Positions 30,125-39,071 of a stretch of DNA of 64,000 bases are shown piece by piece. Both the position numbers and the translations under genes were made by a program. Origin of the DNA: Nitrosopumilus sp. (GTDB lineage Archaea; Thermoproteota; Nitrososphaeria; Nitrososphaerales; Nitrosopumilaceae); assembly GCA_965238275.1 (NCBI GenBank), contig OZ250186.1, forward strand, positions 1,472,001 through 1,536,000, given 5' to 3'. The notes beneath the pieces are model-generated. The model was not told the DNA's origin, ran no database searches, and saw only the letters and a list, made by a program, of their open reading frames with translations. Position 1 is the stretch's first letter; every line of letters starts with the position of its first letter.

Positions 30125-31242
30125 TGCAGAACCCCTGCCGTGTTGCCCACGCCAACCACCAGCACGGACTGGCCGGGCCGGGTATTTTCAAGAATCATCT
30201 CATACACCTGGGATCGCACGTTGTCTGCCTGATCGGATATGTCCCTGGTCATGAGGGTTATGGCCTCCCGGACTGACTGCTTTACCACAATCGAGAGTAC
30301 CGGGATGCCGTTGTCAGTCGCAACTGCCTCGATTTGAAACCTCTCCGTCCCGATCCCCCCGATTGCCGCGCCAAACCCGTGCGCCACGGATGCAGACTCC
30401 TCGCCTTCCATCTTTAGCGCCGCATCAACCATTATTATCATGTCCATCCTGTCCTTGGAGATGATGCCCTCCAGCGCGTCTGCAGGCCGTCCCACAGTAG
30501 AGTCGGGCCCCTTTGCCTTGAGGAGAAGCACCGTCCTGCCCTCAAACTCGGTCCTTGCCAGAACCGTCTGAAACGCCACCGCCTCCTTTTTGTTCTCCAG
30601 CATCATTCTCCCAACCACCATGGGCCCTATCCCGTCGCCTACGGGCTGTCCTGACTTGAATGCGGGGACTGCCTCCTTCATCGCCACTGCGTGCTCCATT
30701 ATGAATGGGAGAATCATCTGCAGGGGCAGGATCAGCGGATAGTTGTTTTGTCTTTTTGCCGTCAGGAACATGTGGTTGATGATCTTGTGAATCATCTGCA
30801 GCGAGGATGCAATCTCGATCAGGGTCTGAACCTTGCTCAGTTCCAGATCGCCGACTCCGGGAGAGAGTGACCGCGCATGCTCCCTGGTGTGGTCCTCCCT
30901 GGATCTGACTGTGTGCCTGACCTTTTCGACAATGCCTGCAGGATCCATGTCTACTGGCATGATTGTGAAATAGTCCAGAAAGCGGTCAATCTTCTTTGTC
31001 GGATCGTCTTTTGGCTCTAGGTTCTGATTCACATAGTTGATTAGTTCGGTTCTGGCCTCTGCCCTGAACCTGTCAAGCTTCTTGATGGCCTTGTTGATCT
31101 CCCCTGATGTCACATACAGCTGGATCCGCTGCCCGTAGAACACAAAAAGGATTATCGGCAGTATCCAGACCAGCATCAGCAGGGGATTGGCATCGCCGCC
31201 TGTTGAGAAGATTTGGTCAAAACCGATGTCTGTAAAATTCAC
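30121..31242 (-). CDS. DUF1512 family protein
   Basis: PVDMDP, GDGIGP, VDAALKMEGE, GVGNT. Confidence 0.88.
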   Translation of the reverse strand: MNFTDIGFDQIFSTGGDANPLLMLVWILPIILFVFYGQRIQLYVTSGEINKAIKKLDRFRAEARTELINYVNQNLEPKDDPTKKIDRFLDYFTIMPVDMDPAGIVEKVRHTVRSREDHTREHARSLSPGVGDLELSKVQTLIEIASSLQMIHKIINHMFLTAKRQNNYPLILPLQMILPFIMEHAVAMKEAVPAFKSGQPVGDGIGPMVVGRMMLENKKEAVAFQTVLARTEFEGRTVLLLKAKGPDSTVGRPADALEGIISKDRMDMIIMVDAALKMEGEESASVAHGFGAAIGGIGTERFQIEAVATDNGIPVLSIVVKQSVREAITLMTRDISDQADNVRSQVYEMILENTRPGQSVLVVGVGNTAGVLQ

Positions 31243-31518
31243 TAGATGCTACCTGCCGCGGTTCTAAATTAAATCATTCGTCACAGGACGGGCACGTGCC
31301 CAGACTGCCCCGAAGCCGCATTGGCAGGATTCATGCCCGGACAGATTCCGGGCCGGGATGCCGGAACGGTGCTATGGCATGGTGACTGACGGCGCAGGAT
31401 CCCTGCAGCCATGGCCAGGCGAGTCGGTTCCGGGCATCTGCGGTGCGCACCAGGGGAGTCTTGATGGCGCACGTGGTGGACTGTCAAGTCTTATTAGCGC
31501 TAAGGCGTCCTTAAAACA

Positions 31519-32196
31519 GTGAATAAAAAAATAATCATCACGACAGGCGCGTTTTCCGCGCTTTTGCTGGTTATGATTGTGGTGAATACGACAATCACGG
31601 AGCAGCAGGGTGTTGACTTTGAAGGATACGTGTGGATCAGCCTCATCGAACCGATGGACGGGGCCAATACTGTTGAAGCCTTGCAGAACAAGATTGCATA
31701 CGTGACGGCAATAGACGACGTTAACCGCAAGCTGGAGCAAGACGGGGCGGACTGGAGGATGGCGCCGAGGATAGAACACTACGACCACACCATAACGGAA
31801 TCATTGGCAAGCATCCGGGCCGACGGGAACGCGCTGCTGACTGACATTTACGGCAGTCCTGAAAACTCGCCTTACGGGTTCCAAGTGCTTGCCATAGTAC
31901 CCGGCGATTACGCAAAATCCGACGACGTAATCACGTACGTTGACTCCCATGAGGACGTCATCATAGCCATGGCAGGGAGCGTTGACGAACATGAGAGGAT
32001 CTTCATTGCAAATGATGGCGGTGTGGTTCCGGTGGGGCGCGTGGCCGACATTATTGAGACAGTTACAGGACAAAGCGTGACTGAACAGTCGCTTGCGACG
32101 TATGACTCCGTGTGGCTGTATGGCCTTGCCATAGAGAAGGCAGGGACGCTAAGGGTAGATGAAATCGCAAAGACGCTGCCTACGCTTGATCCGTGA
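31519..32196 (+). CDS. Shortened type I periplasmic-binding-protein-like (LivJ-like) membrane-anchored protein
   Basis: N-terminal TM helix, AIDDVN and YDSVWLYGLAIEKAG motifs; only 225 aa. Confidence 0.55.
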   Translation: MNKKIIITTGAFSALLLVMIVVNTTITEQQGVDFEGYVWISLIEPMDGANTVEALQNKIAYVTAIDDVNRKLEQDGADWRMAPRIEHYDHTITESLASIRADGNALLTDIYGSPENSPYGFQVLAIVPGDYAKSDDVITYVDSHEDVIIAMAGSVDEHERIFIANDGGVVPVGRVADIIETVTGQSVTEQSLATYDSVWLYGLAIEKAGTLRVDEIAKTLPTLDP

Positions 32197-32280
32197 ATCG
32201 AAGACGAGTCAAAGTTGCTGGCTGACAGGCCAATCGTTCCGCTGAGACAAATTATGCCCGTGTTATAATCACTTGTAATG

Positions 32281-32454
32281 TAGACCTTGTGCATAGTAGC
32301 GGACAGAATGTTTCGCTCATTTGACGTCGAGGATTTTTGCAACAACGCACCGTTTGCTATGCCTTTCAGGCGTTGTTTCAAGCTGAACGACTGGTGCCTG
32401 TATGCAACCCGGATGGAAAAATGAGCGAAACAACATGTCCGGCACCATGCATAA
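32281..32454. mobile_element. Degenerate MITE-like element
   Basis: 33-bp inverted repeats 32290-32322 and 32419-32451 (27/33); left end TAGACCTTGTGCA resembles the IS end at 419. Confidence 0.6.
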
Positions 32455-32666
32455 TCGGTGGCGGCGGTCCCGTGTCTGAAATATGGTGCCTGAGTCCTCC
32501 CAGATATGTTCAGGCACATATCCTGCCAGTACGATGACGACGACCCGTCAGGGAACCGTGCCGGATGTAATCCGGAAGATCCCACACGGCCATGCGTGAT
32601 TTTGCAGCAGCATCCGTTGTCCCGTGAATGACACATCATGTTAAATGGCGACTCTGTAAGAGAACA

Positions 32667-32812
32667 CTGGTGCGCAGTTGGGTTGTTGGGTATGACGCGA
32701 CTCGCATACTTTCCTTTCAAGCACGCCATTCAAGCCGATCCTCGGTCTGTTCGGCACGAACGGCCCGGTTATGGCTCAGAATGGGCTTGGGGATTTACCG
32801 CACGCGTACTGG
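32667..32812 (+). ncRNA. Candidate structured RNA upstream of tbp
   Basis: Closing 9-bp stem, short hairpin and long irregular hairpin found by eye; G-U pairs favour the + strand; TTAAAT at 32641. Confidence 0.45.
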
Positions 32813-32819
32813 AAAAGCA

Positions 32820-32832
32820 CTTTTTTATTATA
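32820..32832 (+). promoter_or_regulatory. Probable TATA box of tbp (near-leaderless transcript)
   Basis: TTTTTTTATTATA ending ~24 nt before the ATG at 32856. Confidence 0.4.
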
Positions 32833-32855
32833 GTTCAAATACCAAAAAGCGGAAT

Positions 32856-33416
32856 ATGCCACAAACGAAACCTATTGTAAGTGTGGAAAATGTTGTAGCC
32901 TCGGCATCTGTGGATCAAAAGATGGATCTCAATGAGATCACAAGGACGTTTCCAGACGTAGAGTACCACCCGGATCAGTTTCCCGGGCTGGTCTTCAGGC
33001 TAAAGGTACCCAAGACTGCAACACTGATCTTCACCTCGGGAAAGATGGTATGTACAGGCTCCAAATCAGAGGAGATGGCAAGAAAGGCAGTCAAGACGGT
33101 GGTTCAAAAGCTTCGCAAGGGCGGAATCAAGGTAAAGAAGGACGCAGTAGTGGAGATTCAGAATATCGTAGCATCGATCAATCTGGGTGGAAGGATTCAT
33201 CTTGAGCAGGCTGCAAGGACACTGCCACGAAGCATGTACGAACCGGAACAGTTTCCAGGACTCATTCATAGAATGCTAGACCCCAAGACAGTCATTTTGC
33301 TATTTTCCTCAGGAAAGCTTGTCTGTACGGGTGCTAAAAAAGAGCCCGACGTTTACCGGTCAGTAAACAACCTTCATTCGATGCTAGAAGAGAAGGATCT
33401 AATGATTTATGACTAG
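32856..33416 (+). CDS. tbp: TATA-box-binding protein
   Basis: Two TBP repeats: ENVVAS...Y.PDQFPGL...GKMVCTG and QNIVAS...YEPEQFPGL...GKLVCTG. Confidence 0.97.
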   Translation: MPQTKPIVSVENVVASASVDQKMDLNEITRTFPDVEYHPDQFPGLVFRLKVPKTATLIFTSGKMVCTGSKSEEMARKAVKTVVQKLRKGGIKVKKDAVVEIQNIVASINLGGRIHLEQAARTLPRSMYEPEQFPGLIHRMLDPKTVILLFSSGKLVCTGAKKEPDVYRSVNNLHSMLEEKDLMIYD

Positions 33417-33527
33417 CCATAGATCCAACTTTTTCATTTAAAATCGTCGCCTATACCGGGTACTGTCCGTGCAGTATTCGTCAGGGGCGTGCATGATCTG
33501 CCGTTGGCAGCCGCCGCTGCTGCCGGG

Positions 33528-33857
33528 CTACTTTACGGGACTTCCCGGAGGGACTTGCCCGGATACGGTAAGCCAGAACGGCCTGTCATTTACGTCTGCG
33601 GCCAGCAGCATTGCGTTTGACTCGACCCCGGCCAGCCTCTTTGGCTCCAGGTTCACAACCGCCACTGCCGTCATCCCTACAATCTCATCGGGTTGAAAAT
33701 ACTGTGCGCCCCCTATAATCACATCACGCTGATCCCCGTCTCCCAGATCAATGCGCCCCTTGAGAATCCTTGATTTTCCGGGTATGGGCTGGGCTGCAAC
33801 GATTCTTGCCACCCGGATATCGAGTTTGGCAAAATCATCATACGTGACATCTGGCAT
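33528..33857 (-). CDS. tRNA-binding OB-fold protein (Trbp111/CsaA/MetRS C-terminal-like)
   Basis: DFAKLDIRVA, NLEPKRLAGVESNAMLLA. Confidence 0.9.
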   Translation of the reverse strand: MPDVTYDDFAKLDIRVARIVAAQPIPGKSRILKGRIDLGDGDQRDVIIGGAQYFQPDEIVGMTAVAVVNLEPKRLAGVESNAMLLAADVNDRPFWLTVSGQVPPGSPVK

Positions 33858-33926
33858 GACGTATGCGTGTATTCCCGGCTTAAAATGAATTTCGAACCGG
33901 CGATCCCAGGCCGTGAAACCATGCCC

Positions 33927-34652
33927 TCACATGTACATTCCGGTTATCTCTTTTCTGTGCTTTACATACCTGTCAGAGAGCTCGTTGAACTCTGACTGAA
34001 TCCTCTCGTCCTCCTCGCGCAGTCCGGCAGTATCTATGTCCATCTCGTAGAATCTGCCAAGCGCCTCAACGAGCGTTGCTGCTGCTGCCGAATCAGGCTC
34101 CGTGCTGTTTGCCCTTGCCAGCAGGGCTATGCCCTGGATCTCTCTTACCAGGCATTCGTTGAGTATGCCCCCCGGCATGCCTGTAATGAACCCCTGCGGT
34201 ATCATGTTGATGTCCTTGGCTGCCATTGTCCTGATCAAGTCATCCTCTGCTGCGCAATACGCCTTGTTGTCATGCTTCTCGCTTGCAACCCCGTCCAAAA
34301 TCACAATCTCCTTTGAGCCCTTCAATGCAGCCCAGTCCAGAATGGCCGATATCATCGAGTACAGTCCGTCCATCCTTAGGGTCACCTCGCAAATTATTGC
34401 ACAGATTGTTCCTTTTTTGTTTGCATAGAATCTGAAGGGGTGGCGAAGCCTTCCCCTCATAAAGACAGTGGACGGGGGGAGATGCTTTGATCTTATCACC
34501 CCGACCTCGTCCATCTCCAGCTCCTTGATTATGTGGTTTATTGCCACCGGGCCTACGAGGCCGGCCCCTACAAATCCTGCAAAGATCACCGGACTGTTCA
34601 TCTCTACGTCCCTTGTCTCAAAGACTTCCGCCTCGGGAAATTCATCCTGCAT
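33927..34652 (-). CDS. Proteasome assembly chaperone (PAC2 family)
   Basis: GFVGAGLVG, PFRFY, ITG..G. Confidence 0.85.
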   Translation of the reverse strand: MQDEFPEAEVFETRDVEMNSPVIFAGFVGAGLVGPVAINHIIKELEMDEVGVIRSKHLPPSTVFMRGRLRHPFRFYANKKGTICAIICEVTLRMDGLYSMISAILDWAALKGSKEIVILDGVASEKHDNKAYCAAEDDLIRTMAAKDINMIPQGFITGMPGGILNECLVREIQGIALLARANSTEPDSAAAATLVEALGRFYEMDIDTAGLREEDERIQSEFNELSDRYVKHRKEITGMYM

Positions 34653-34674
34653 GATCTTGTGCTGCCTGATCCAC

Positions 34675-35019
34675 CTAATTATCTTTTTGAGTGAAGAGAT
34701 TCAGCATGGTCCTCCCCCTGCGCGTAATGGAGTATTTTACCCGGCATCCGACTGCCTCCCTTTTGACAAAGTTATAATCCACGCACAGGTGCAGGTAGTT
34801 CAGGAATGATCTCTTCATTCTGATCTCCGACCTTGTATACAGCTCTACAAACGACATGGGACTGCCCCTGAGCTGGTACAGCAGTTTCAGCAGGGACAGC
34901 ATGCTAAAATCCCTCGTCTTTGCCCTTACCACATCCTGTGTCTGCTCGGCCCTCTCTATGATAAAGTCTCCAAACTGATCCGCCACTTCCGGAGTCATAC
35001 ACGTGAGCCTTGATTGCAT
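34675..35019 (-). CDS. Winged helix-turn-helix protein
   Basis: Wing motif YSITRRGRTML; start uncertain within ORF 34675..35220. Confidence 0.65.
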   Translation of the reverse strand: MQSRLTCMTPEVADQFGDFIIERAEQTQDVVRAKTRDFSMLSLLKLLYQLRGSPMSFVELYTRSEIRMKRSFLNYLHLCVDYNFVKREAVGCRVKYSITRRGRTMLNLFTQKDN

Positions 35020-35241
35020 GTACCGTATAGTACGGTACCATGCATTATAAACCTGTGGGGCAGGTCCCGCGTACCAAGATCCGGGATTTGTCGGTATGGA
35101 TTCTGCCAATGGATCTGCGTATCCTGGAGGGACTTTCAATGCGTGCCAAGTCATGGTACGGGAACAAGACAGGTCATGGGGACGGCTATGCTGCTGCTGC
35201 TGCATATCTGGCCCTGACATTCTCCAAATGGGAGCGGCTCC

Positions 35242-36603
35242 TCATATGGCCTCTACCGGGACGCCGTCTATCCTGACTGACGGTGCGGCTGCCGGGCGTG
35301 ATGCCCATTGGATGACGCTTCTCTGGTCGCTCCCAATCCCTGAGATGCCGCCAAGCATGGCATGCAGGTTGTGTATTATCCTGACTGGCACTCCTGGGAC
35401 AACCGTGCCGTCCTTGATTATCCTTATCCCGCTTCTTGCCGTACATGAAAAGTCGCCCCTGATGGGATTTACCGGATACGTATACCAGAGCCTCCCGACC
35501 AGCAGCCCCCTTCTGGTATCCCTTATCATCTCGTCTTGGGACATCCTGCCTGGTTCTATCGTCAGGTTGTGCGCCGCAGAGTCGGGAACGGGATCACAGC
35601 TTCGGCCCATCGGAATGCCGTGCCTTGTGGCGTTTCCGGATGATTCTGCCCCCTCCCCCTCCCTGTAGCTGTCAAACATGTTTGAAAAGGTGCCCCTCAT
35701 GACGCCCCTGTCTATGAGCAGCCTCCTTTGGGTGCCCACGCCCTCGTCGTCTATGGATCTTGTCCCTATTCCCTCTGGCATGTGGGGGTCGTCGGCCATG
35801 CTCAGCTCCTCTGCTGCAATCCTCTCCCCCATTCTGCCTGCAAAGCAGCTTCTCTTTTCTGCAAACGTCTTGAGGTTGAAGTTTGGCGCAACGACAAACG
35901 AGAGCAGCTCTCCCACCGAATACGGCTCAAATATTATCGAGTATCTTGCAGGCTCTACCTTCTGCGGGTTTATTGACCCGACGCACATGTCCTTTGCGTC
36001 CTGTCCCACACGTCCTGCCGAAAAGCCTGACAGGGTCCTTGCACTGGAGTGGCCAATGCCGGATACCGGCATGGCTCCGCGCTCAGAGTCTGCGTTGATG
36101 ATTCCTGCAATGTATGTCGCATCGTCTGCGTGGTGCAGTCCGTTGGAGTTTTCTATCTCAAAACGCTCCGAGACTATGTTAAGCGAGCCTGTAATGGTGT
36201 CGATCATGTCGTCTGCCGCCGAGTTTATCATATCCTGTGCAATGTCTGCAGCCGTTGCCGCTGAGACGTCCCTGAGCCTCCCATCAAATGTCCCCTCAAG
36301 CGGCACGGGATATGCTGCATGCGGCAGCCCGCCCCAGAACTCCCTGGGCCTGAGGTTTTTTGACGAATCCAGAGCATCGTCTATTGCCCCTGGCAGCTCA
36401 CCGCTGCCGGCAGTCTGAATCGAGGCAATCCTCTTCTGGTGAATCAGCCTGATTCCGTACCTGTCATCCAGGCCCTGCTTGACTTCTGCTATCGCCGAAT
36501 CAGTTATCCGTACTGTAGTGACCCTTCTTGTAGCGCGGACCAGCTCGCATTCGTCGATTCCTGCATTCCTCGAATGGGCCAGCGCGTCCTCTAGGGCGGT
36601 CAA
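35242..36603 (-). CDS. pmbA: TldE/PmbA-family protein
   Basis: DDEG, SSGNA, GDFS; lacks HExxGH. Confidence 0.85.
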   Translation of the reverse strand: MTALEDALAHSRNAGIDECELVRATRRVTTVRITDSAIAEVKQGLDDRYGIRLIHQKRIASIQTAGSGELPGAIDDALDSSKNLRPREFWGGLPHAAYPVPLEGTFDGRLRDVSAATAADIAQDMINSAADDMIDTITGSLNIVSERFEIENSNGLHHADDATYIAGIINADSERGAMPVSGIGHSSARTLSGFSAGRVGQDAKDMCVGSINPQKVEPARYSIIFEPYSVGELLSFVVAPNFNLKTFAEKRSCFAGRMGERIAAEELSMADDPHMPEGIGTRSIDDEGVGTQRRLLIDRGVMRGTFSNMFDSYREGEGAESSGNATRHGIPMGRSCDPVPDSAAHNLTIEPGRMSQDEMIRDTRRGLLVGRLWYTYPVNPIRGDFSCTARSGIRIIKDGTVVPGVPVRIIHNLHAMLGGISGIGSDQRSVIQWASRPAAAPSVRIDGVPVEAI

Positions 36604-37859
36604 CTCTTTCTTGGATTCTTGTAGTTGAACCTGTTGATCTTTATCAGCTCCGCGTATGATCCAAAGCGGGACGTGTCTGTGACGGCATCCAGTCCCTCCT
36701 CCACGCCCTCGTCCTCCCCGTCAAACCTCCTCAGGATGTTATACGTGGTGTCCCTCTCGGCCGGTACCCTTCCTATCTCCCTTGCCATCCTTCTGATCTC
36801 CATGGGCCTTAGCAGCTGTCCGTGGTCTGCGCCTGCAGACGTGGATATGCTCTCGTTGATCAGCGTTCCGCCAAAGTCGTTTGCGCCCCACATGAGCAGC
36901 AGCTGGGAGAGTTTCTGCCCTTCCTTTACCCATGACATCTGTATGTTGTTGATGGAGTTGTTGAGCATGATTCTTGCAATGGCGTGCGTGAGAAGCACGT
37001 CGTTGCCGCTGCCGCCCGGCCTGATTCCCTCGTGGAGGTGGCGGGTGTACATGGGCGCCTCGCTATGGACAAAGTCCAGCGGCACAAACTCCGTGAATCC
37101 TCCCGTCTCCTTTTGAATGTCCCTCAGCCTCACGATGTGCTCTATCCTGTCCTTGAGGGTCTCCAGGTGCCCGAACATCATCGTCGACGTGGTGTTTATC
37201 CCGATTCTGTGCGCCTCCTTGATTACGTGCTCCCAGTCCCTTACGCTTATCCTTCCCGGGGATATCTTGTCCCTCAGCTCCTGGTTGAGGATCTCAGCTG
37301 ATGTCCCGGGCAGGGTGCCGACCCCTGCATCCTTCATCCTTTTGAGAAACTCCCTTACCGGCACCTGCAGCCTCTTTGCGCCGTAAAGGATCTCCTCTGG
37401 TGAGAATCCGTGGATGTGGATATCCGGAATCTCCCTCTTGATCTCCCTGCAGATGTTCTCGTACATGTCGCCTGGCATGTCCGGCGGCAGTCCCGCCTGG
37501 ATGCAGACCTCGGTTGCCCCCAGGCTGTGGGCCTCCTTTGCCCTCCGGACAATCTCCTCGACTGGCAGGAGGTAGCCCTCCTCCTCCCTAAAGTCCCTGC
37601 TGAATGCGCAAAAGCCGCACTGCTTTATGCAGACGTTTGTAAAGTTGATGTTCCTGTTTACCACGTACGTCACAACATCCCCGATCCTCTTCCTTCTGAT
37701 CTCGTCGGCTGCCATCCCTACGAGGTGAAAGTCCGTGCCTGCAGCGCCGTACAGCGCCAGTCCGTCTCTGGCAGATACCTCCCTGTCAGAAAGCGCCCTG
37801 TCCAGAATGCCTGCAATGACCGGGTCTGCATTCTTGAGAAGCGCCTCTGTAACTGTCAT
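36600..37859 (-). CDS. cofH: FO synthase subunit CofH (radical SAM)
   Basis: NRNINFTNVCIKQCGFCAF, PGTSAEIL, GANDFGGT. Confidence 0.9.
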   Translation of the reverse strand: MTVTEALLKNADPVIAGILDRALSDREVSARDGLALYGAAGTDFHLVGMAADEIRRKRIGDVVTYVVNRNINFTNVCIKQCGFCAFSRDFREEEGYLLPVEEIVRRAKEAHSLGATEVCIQAGLPPDMPGDMYENICREIKREIPDIHIHGFSPEEILYGAKRLQVPVREFLKRMKDAGVGTLPGTSAEILNQELRDKISPGRISVRDWEHVIKEAHRIGINTTSTMMFGHLETLKDRIEHIVRLRDIQKETGGFTEFVPLDFVHSEAPMYTRHLHEGIRPGGSGNDVLLTHAIARIMLNNSINNIQMSWVKEGQKLSQLLLMWGANDFGGTLINESISTSAGADHGQLLRPMEIRRMAREIGRVPAERDTTYNILRRFDGEDEGVEEGLDAVTDTSRFGSYAELIKINRFNYKNPRKS

Positions 37860-39034
37860 CTCCAGTACTCCTCCCTTACGAGCCCCTCCTCGTCCTCGAT
37901 TACTGAGATCTTCTCCCTGAGCCTGCTGCTGCTGTTGCTGATCATTCCAAGGAACTCCGGATACACCGGAAACCTGCAGCCAAGCCTGAATCCTGCGTCT
38001 GCCGATCTCTTCTCCATCATGCCAATCTCGGGCCATGCAAACTCCGGATTGACATGATCCGGCGTAATTGGGGATATTCCGCCCCAGTCGTTTATCCCGA
38101 CTGTGAGGAACTCGTGGTATGATTCGGGGGACAGGTTGGGCGGAATCTGGATGTTCATCTCAGGCATGATGACTCTTGCAAGGGCCACAATTATCTTAAA
38201 GTGGTCGTGGCCGGCAGGCGGACAGCCGCGCATCCCGGTATCTGGTTTTGGCTGAAAGTTCTGCAGGATTATCTCCTGGATGTTTCCATGCCTGTGATGA
38301 ATGCCCCTTATTGCAAGGAGGGAATCGATGGTCTCCTCTGCAGTCTCCCCTATCCCAATCAGTATTCCCGTAGTCATGGGGATTTGAAGCCTTCCTGCAT
38401 CCGCAAGCGTCTGCATTCTGGCCTCCGGCCTCTTGCTTGCCGCCATGTGGTGGGGCATTCCCCTCTCAGTCAGCCTCTCGCTTACGTTCTCAAGCATCAG
38501 GCCCATGGAGACGTTTGTCTTCTTCAACTCCCTCATGTCCTCCATGCTCAGGTTTCCTGCGTTTGTGTGTGGGAACAGGCCAATCTCCAGTGCGGCCTCT
38601 GATGCATGAATCAGATACTCTGCAGTGGTTCCAAACCCGTTGCCTGCCAGCCACTCCCGCACCTCGGAGTATCTCTGCTCCGGGCTCTCGCCGGTGACAA
38701 AAAGCGCCTCTACGCACCTGTATCTTTTTGCAAGACGCAGCATGTCTGTCGTCTGCTGCCATGACATCATCGATGCCTTCTCCTCCCCGGGCTCTGCCTT
38801 GTATGTGCAGTACGTGCATGTGTCCCTGCACAGGTTGACTATGTTGAGGAACGCCTTTTTTGAGAACGTGACTGCGTCCCCCTTGAACCTCTTTCGCAGG
38901 GTTTGTGCAGTCGAGAACAGCTCGCCAGGATTCCTTGTGGCATTTTGATAAATTTCAACTAGTTCCTGACGCGTGACTGCCCTGTTATCCAGTATGCCGT
39001 TTAAACTCTCCGAGCTTAATACAAGCTTGTTCAA
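37856..39034 (-). CDS. cofG: FO synthase subunit CofG (radical SAM)
   Basis: CRDTCTYC, PHTNAG, QIPPNL, DWGGISP, VNPEFAWP. Confidence 0.9.
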   Translation of the reverse strand: MNKLVLSSESLNGILDNRAVTRQELVEIYQNATRNPGELFSTAQTLRKRFKGDAVTFSKKAFLNIVNLCRDTCTYCTYKAEPGEEKASMMSWQQTTDMLRLAKRYRCVEALFVTGESPEQRYSEVREWLAGNGFGTTAEYLIHASEAALEIGLFPHTNAGNLSMEDMRELKKTNVSMGLMLENVSERLTERGMPHHMAASKRPEARMQTLADAGRLQIPMTTGILIGIGETAEETIDSLLAIRGIHHRHGNIQEIILQNFQPKPDTGMRGCPPAGHDHFKIIVALARVIMPEMNIQIPPNLSPESYHEFLTVGINDWGGISPITPDHVNPEFAWPEIGMMEKRSADAGFRLGCRFPVYPEFLGMISNSSSRLREKISVIEDEEGLVREEYWR

Positions 39035-39071
39035 TAGAATGGATTCCGGACTGGCTGTATTTATTCTTGCG

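Noticed and set aside
32667-32812. Identification of the structured element as SRP RNA, RNase P RNA or 5S rRNA
   Set aside because: No SRP helix-8 motif, RNase P-like words occur only on the minus strand in the wrong order, and the length and motif layout do not fit 5S.
32628-32855. 76-aa N-terminal extension of TBP, or ORF 32638..32880
   Set aside because: TBP homology starts at MPQTKP (32856) with a TATA-like box just upstream; the extension is not protein-like and overlaps the structured RNA candidate.
35242-39034. TldE plus two radical SAM enzymes as a RiPP cluster
   Set aside because: The radical SAM proteins carry CofG/CofH (F420 pathway) signatures; no SPASM domain or adjacent precursor peptide.
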